This document shows, in pieces, positions 59,642-64,000 of a stretch of DNA of 64,000 nucleotides. The stretch lies in contig CAWICC010000006.1 in NCBI GenBank assembly GCA_963834535.1, forward strand, positions 51,438 to 115,437, written 5' to 3'. The notes beneath the pieces are model-generated. The model was not told the DNA's origin, made no database searches, and worked only from the letters and a program-made list of their open reading frames with translations. The position numbers and the translations under genes were made by a program. This DNA comes from an uncultured delta proteobacterium (GTDB lineage: Bacteria > Desulfobacterota > Binatia > Binatales > Binataceae). The stretch's first letter is position 1. Each line of letters starts with the position of its first letter.

Positions 59642-60799
59642 TCATTTTTCGTCCGCAGGTGTGACCGATCGGAACTGAGCGAGCAGCAGCGCGTCGTAAA
59701 TCAGCTTGCACGCGCCGCCAAGAATAAGTGGCCATCCGAAGAGTGAGTAATCGAGCAAGGCGCCCGCGGGCAGCGGCGCCATCGCGGTCGCCAAGCTACG
59801 CGGTACGTTGGTGACGCTCGCCGCCGCCGCGCGCTCTTCGGGGGGCACCACGGCCATCACGTAGGACTGGCGCGCCGGCACGTCCATCGAAGACATCGAA
59901 GCGCGCAAGAGCAGAAACGTCAGCGCAAGCCCGACGTTAGGCATCATCCCGGCGATCATCAGGCACAGGTTCGCTGGAATGTGAGTGTAGGCCATCGTGC
60001 GGATACGTCCGATTCGCGCGACGAACCAGGATGAGGCGAGTTGCGAGAACGCGCCGAGCAATCCGGAGACGAAGAAGAACGAGGCCGCGGCTCGAAGCGA
60101 GAGCTGAAAGCGGCGAAACAGCCACAGCGCCAGCAGGGACTGGATCGCAAGTCCGCCGCCGAATGAATCGAGGCTGAAGAGCGCCGCCAGACGGATCACG
60201 ATGGCGCGCGACTGCGCGAGCGGCCTCGCGCCGGGCACCAGTGGTTCGGCTTCAATAGCCGGTGTGAGCGACCAGTAGATGGTTGCAGCTATGAGGGCGA
60301 GGATGGCATACGCAATGAAGCCCCAACGTTCGGCGGCAACTGCGTTCGAATGCATCCGGGCGGCGACAATCGAGGGAAGGCCGCTGGCGAGGGCACCGAT
60401 CGCCCCGGCCATCGCGCCGGCGACGTTGTAGCGCGAGAAGATCGCAGTCAGATCGCCTGCCGCGACGGTTTCAACCAGCGCCGCCTGCTCGACCGGGAGG
60501 AAGAGGCTAACGTCGCCGGCCGAGGGATTGAGCGTGCCGATAACGGCAATGACAAAGAGCGGCCAAAAGGCGGTGACGGTCGCGAAGCCGATGCCGGTAG
60601 CGAACATCAGGGCGCAGGACGCCAGCATTACGCGGCGGCGTCCGAGTCGATGAGCCGCCAACCCAATCCATAGGGTGAGCGTAGCAGAACCGATCAGGGT
60701 GCCGAATACAATCGCGCCGACACGCAGAGAATTGAAGCCGATGGCCGTCAGGTAGCTCGGCAGTAGCACGCTGACGGCGCCGTCGGCGAGTCCGCGCAA
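59642..60799 (-). CDS. MFS transporter (true start may lie up to ~60875 across a possible frameshift)
   Basis: GRRRV loop, GTLNPSAGDVS.FLP.EQA, LFSLDSFGGG, MDVPARQSYVMAVV. Confidence 0.88.
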   Translation of the reverse strand: MRGLADGAVSVLLPSYLTAIGFNSLRVGAIVFGTLIGSATLTLWIGLAAHRLGRRRVMLASCALMFATGIGFATVTAFWPLFVIAVIGTLNPSAGDVSLFLPVEQAALVETVAAGDLTAIFSRYNVAGAMAGAIGALASGLPSIVAARMHSNAVAAERWGFIAYAILALIAATIYWSLTPAIEAEPLVPGARPLAQSRAIVIRLAALFSLDSFGGGLAIQSLLALWLFRRFQLSLRAAASFFFVSGLLGAFSQLASSWFVARIGRIRTMAYTHIPANLCLMIAGMMPNVGLALTFLLLRASMSSMDVPARQSYVMAVVPPEERAAAASVTNVPRSLATAMAPLPAGALLDYSLFGWPLILGGACKLIYDALLLAQFRSVTPADEK

Positions 60800-61098
60800 C
60801 GCCCGCGTCGCGAGTAGGCGCTTGCCGTCGGCGGTGGTGCTGTCGCGGATACCAGAGGTTAGACGAACTCAGCATCGATGCGGCGAAATTTATGCGGGTC
60901 GACCAGGCACCGTATCCGGCTGCATAACGGGAAATCGGGCTGCGCTCAAGCGCCGCGACTTAGCGCGCGCGATTACAGCGCCAGGCTTTGACACTTGAAG
61001 CAACGCATAACGCTTGCGGGCGATATTGCCGATTGCATGGAGATGAGAGCGCAACAGCCGGTACTGACAGAAGTTCTTGCCGAGTCTTTGGCAATGAA

Positions 61099-62067
61099 TC
61101 AAATCCGCTCGACTTCAATTGTCAGATGAGACAGCGACGCGAAGCGAGCGAGCAGGTTTCGATAGAAACGCGGGGTGCGAGCATGGACGGTCGTGACGGA
61201 AACAATGGCACCCAAATGGCCAGGTCCCAGTCGCCAGAGATGGAGGTCTGCCAACCCGTCGCCTTCTGATTCGATAGTTTGCCGAATGTCCTGCATGATA
61301 TCCGCGTCCGGAGTCATGTCGAGCAAAATAGCGCCAGTATCGCGAATCAGCCCATACGACCAACTGGCGATCACGCAGGCACCCACGATACCTGCCAATG
61401 GATCCATCCAAAGCCACCCGAACAGGCGGGCAAAGGTCAGGCCCACGATGACGAAGAACGATACTGCAGCGTCCGCAACAACGTGGATGATAGCCGCACG
61501 CATATTGTTGTCCCGGTGTGCGGCTCCATGGTCGCGAGCATGGGCGCGTTCCTCCTTCTCCGCGTGCAGATGCGGGTGTTCATGATCATGTCCTGAGGAA
61601 TGATGACCACCGCTCAACAGCCAGACGCTTGCGACGTTCACCGCCAAGCCCAGGCACGCGATCGGGATAGCCTCTGCAAAGTGGATCGGCACCGGAGAAA
61701 AGAACCGGCGGACCGCCTCGTAGCCAATCAGTAAGGCAATCATTGCCAGCACAATGGCGCTGCTGAATCCCGCGAGATCCCCGAGTTTTCCCGTTCCGAA
61801 CGTGAATCGGCGATCGCTTACATGCTTGCGGGAATAGCTATACGCCAACGCGGCCAGCAGTAAAGCGGCAGCGTGCGTACTCATATGCATGCCATCAGCC
61901 ACCAATGCGATGGAGCCGAATATGATGCCGCCGATAACCTCGATCAGCATCATGCAGGCGCAGAGCGCGATTACGCCCCAGGTCTTACGCTCGTTGCTTT
62001 CATGGCCTTCGCCGAGAAAGACGTGACTATGTATTGCGCGCGAAGAGAGAACCGCCGTTTCGGTCAT
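61099..62067 (-). CDS. dmeF: CDF-family Co/Ni efflux transporter DmeF
   Basis: ALVADGMHMSTH, FTFGTGKLGDLAGF, His-rich loop, HRDNNMRAA..HV.ADA, DLHLWRLGPGH. Confidence 0.92.
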   Translation of the reverse strand: MTETAVLSSRAIHSHVFLGEGHESNERKTWGVIALCACMMLIEVIGGIIFGSIALVADGMHMSTHAAALLLAALAYSYSRKHVSDRRFTFGTGKLGDLAGFSSAIVLAMIALLIGYEAVRRFFSPVPIHFAEAIPIACLGLAVNVASVWLLSGGHHSSGHDHEHPHLHAEKEERAHARDHGAAHRDNNMRAAIIHVVADAAVSFFVIVGLTFARLFGWLWMDPLAGIVGACVIASWSYGLIRDTGAILLDMTPDADIMQDIRQTIESEGDGLADLHLWRLGPGHLGAIVSVTTVHARTPRFYRNLLARFASLSHLTIEVERI

Positions 62068-62074
62068 CTGGGCC

Positions 62075-62353
62075 TCATTTCAGATAAGTGCGAATGACAT
62101 CGAGCAGTTGCCCGGCAGCCTCACCGTTCAGCGCACCCGGATGCTCTCGGTCATTGACGAGGTGGGTGCGGATGTGGTCCTCGACGACCTCGGCCATTAA
62201 CCCGGCCATTGCGCCGCGAGCGCCTGCAATCAGATGCATCACCAACTCGCAGCCGGACTCTTTCTCCAGAGCCCTTTCGATGGCCTCAACCTGTCCCCGA
62301 AGCCGGCGTACACGAGCCAGGAGTTTCTGTTTCTCGCGAACCGTGTGTGACAC
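62075..62353 (-). CDS. dmeR: RcnR/FrmR/CsoR-family metal-sensing repressor DmeR
   Basis: MSHT.REKQKLLARVRRLRGQVEA, C, EDHIR.H, IRTYLK; upstream of dmeF. Confidence 0.9.
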   Translation of the reverse strand: MSHTVREKQKLLARVRRLRGQVEAIERALEKESGCELVMHLIAGARGAMAGLMAEVVEDHIRTHLVNDREHPGALNGEAAGQLLDVIRTYLK

Positions 62354-62362
62354 CTTTCTAAA

Positions 62363-62384
62363 ATAGCTTAGGGGGGTATCCTAA
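62363..62384 (-). promoter_or_regulatory. DmeR/RcnR-type operator
   Basis: ATA-GC-TTA-GGGGGG-TAT-CC-TAA: G6 tract flanked by AT inverted repeats, 9 nt upstream of dmeR. Confidence 0.75.
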
Positions 62385-62664
62385 ACAAGCATCTATCTGG
62401 AGTAAATCAGGTGCCTGTATTTGTTCGTAATCCCAAACTCTCGCTCTGTCATCCCGCCAAAATTCCAACAAAGCGCACATCGACTTGGCGCGACTGGTCG
62501 CGCGCGTTGCTCGAGCTTGCTCTTGCGGTGCCGACATCAAATCGTAAGCCGTAACCACGATTTAACTTTTCAATGACCCAGCGGACACAAGGCAACCCAG
62601 GTCTTGCGCTAGGCTAGCGGGCGCCGGAGCCAAGCTTGACTTATAGCCGGCCAAGGATGACCAA

Positions 62665-63801
62665 ATGCTAAAACTCCCGTTCGCAGCCCTTCTCAAAGCC
62701 TTTCGCACCACCGCCTGTCCGATCATTCTGTCCGGCGCCATCATTGGGATGATGCCGGCCAGCAGTCGCGCCCAAGTCGTACCGGTCGCGCCGTACAGCG
62801 TCACAACCTTCGCCACCGCACCGGCGGGCCTCAGCGCCCCAGATTCGGTAACCTTCAGCTCAACCAACATATTTATAGGTTATGGCAATGGGGGAATGCC
62901 CGACGGTTCCGGCGGAGCAATGAGCAATGCGGTCGAGTATGACTTCAAAGGGAACTTGATAAAGACTTTTACTATCGTCGGTCACAACGACGGACTCCGC
63001 TTCAATCCGAAGACTAACGAGCTTTGGGCGCTGCAGAACGAGGATGGCAATGCGAATCTGTCGATCATCGATCTAAAGAGTGGGAAACAGAAGATATACC
63101 AACTCGGCACCGGACCACAAAAAGGTGGCTACGACGACATCGACTTCAACAACAAGGAAGTGTACGTGAGCGCTTCCGCTCCGACGATCAACCCGAATAC
63201 GGCGCCAGCGATTGTAACGCTAAAGCTGGCCGGGAAAAAGGCGGTTTTGACAGGGATTCTCAACGGTGATGCGTCTGCTACCAATGTGACTACTGGCGAC
63301 ACGGAGACCTTGAATCTTCAGGACCCCGATTCGATGATAGTCGATCCGCTGGGCGAACTGGTGATGACCTCGCAGGGTGATGGCGAATTGATTATCGTGC
63401 AGCATCCCGGCCTGAAGTGTCAAAATGCGTTGCTTGTTCCGCTAACCTCGGATGCAGGCGGGTCCACTATCGGAAACACTCAGCTTGACGACACGGTATT
63501 CACTACTCAAAGCGCCGGAGAATTGTTGGTAGCGGACAAGGGTAGTAACACGGTTTACAAGATCACGGCACCGTACTTCGCGGCGAGCGCTTATTCGGCC
63601 GTGAGCGTGTTTTCCACGCCTACCGCAAATAATCCAATAGAGTCATTCGTTGGACAAACCAACCTTACGACCGGCTTCGTGACTCCGATCGTGAATGGGA
63701 TGTCGAATCCTGGTGGCATGGCATTCATTCCCTCCGGTGTGGATTTATCGAAGTTTATCAAGGCATCTGCGCAGATTCCTGAAGTCTGTCCTGCGAGCTA
63801 A
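62665..63801 (+). CDS. Secreted hypothetical protein, probable beta-propeller
   Basis: Signal peptide; PDS, GHNDGLRF.P, WALQNEDGN, GGYDD, DPDS, LDDT acidic motifs. Confidence 0.7.
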   Translation: MLKLPFAALLKAFRTTACPIILSGAIIGMMPASSRAQVVPVAPYSVTTFATAPAGLSAPDSVTFSSTNIFIGYGNGGMPDGSGGAMSNAVEYDFKGNLIKTFTIVGHNDGLRFNPKTNELWALQNEDGNANLSIIDLKSGKQKIYQLGTGPQKGGYDDIDFNNKEVYVSASAPTINPNTAPAIVTLKLAGKKAVLTGILNGDASATNVTTGDTETLNLQDPDSMIVDPLGELVMTSQGDGELIIVQHPGLKCQNALLVPLTSDAGGSTIGNTQLDDTVFTTQSAGELLVADKGSNTVYKITAPYFAASAYSAVSVFSTPTANNPIESFVGQTNLTTGFVTPIVNGMSNPGGMAFIPSGVDLSKFIKASAQIPEVCPAS

Positions 63802-63813
63802 TCCGTCACGTTT

Positions 63814-63867
63814 GTGGCTCGCGCCCGGTATCGCGCAATGAGTGTTTGCCGGTGCCGGGCGCGCCAC
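63814..63867 (+). terminator. Long GC-rich stem-loop after the 62665-63801 gene
   Basis: GTGGC(T)CGCGCCCGGTATCG pairs with CGGTGCCGGGCGCGCCAC. Confidence 0.5.
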
Positions 63868-64000
63868 TGCTCTTATCTTCACGGCCGCACGCCGGCCCTG
63901 TTGCGGACGAGCGAACCCATTTCAGTTCGCTTTGGCTACCGCGGTGCAATTAGCTCGCATCGCCGCGTGACTGGGGGGCTCGCCTATTGCGCTTACTGCG

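Noticed and set aside
63857-63866. GGGCGCGCCA matching the tRNA-Arg 3' end (possible attR)
   Set aside because: Only 10 nt, GC-rich, and explained as one arm of a terminator-like hairpin.

Overview
GC-rich bacterial chromosome segment. Gene content and order (LLM/PPOX flavoenzymes, acyl-CoA dehydrogenases, amidohydrolases, Deltaproteobacteria-like core clusters) resemble Candidatus Binatota/Binataceae; this assignment is inference. 1-52.3 kb is mostly housekeeping: folE-rpiA-glycerate kinase, frameshifted glpD and nth, yceD-rpmF-plsX-fabD-acpP-nrdR-ribD-ribBA-nusB-lptE-holA, rpsT, mazG, a double GT-C glycosyltransferase, lpxD, nfeD/slipin, udg, coaBC, ino1, gatCAB, serS and pstCAB-phoU-phoBR. 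tRNA-Arg(ACG) follows, then an accessory region (flavin monooxygenase, secreted beta-propeller and beta-helix proteins, MFS, dmeRF). Most notable signals: (1) a polar 110-bp tandem array (35812-36191) that copies the RBS and first 14 codons of the downstream amidohydrolase and forms a chain of six mini-ORFs; related small insertions or gene-end duplications occur at gatA/gatB, the gatB 3' end and the slipin 3' end, suggesting a MIRU-like element or process. (2) A RibBA whose DHBP-synthase domain has lost its catalytic residues, in a rib cluster lacking ribE/ribH. (3) Orientation-independent G/C skew domains with a sharp switch near 24.6 kb. (4) A small two-cysteine secreted protein inserted between mazG and rpsT. 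No CRISPR array, integrase or transposase was found.
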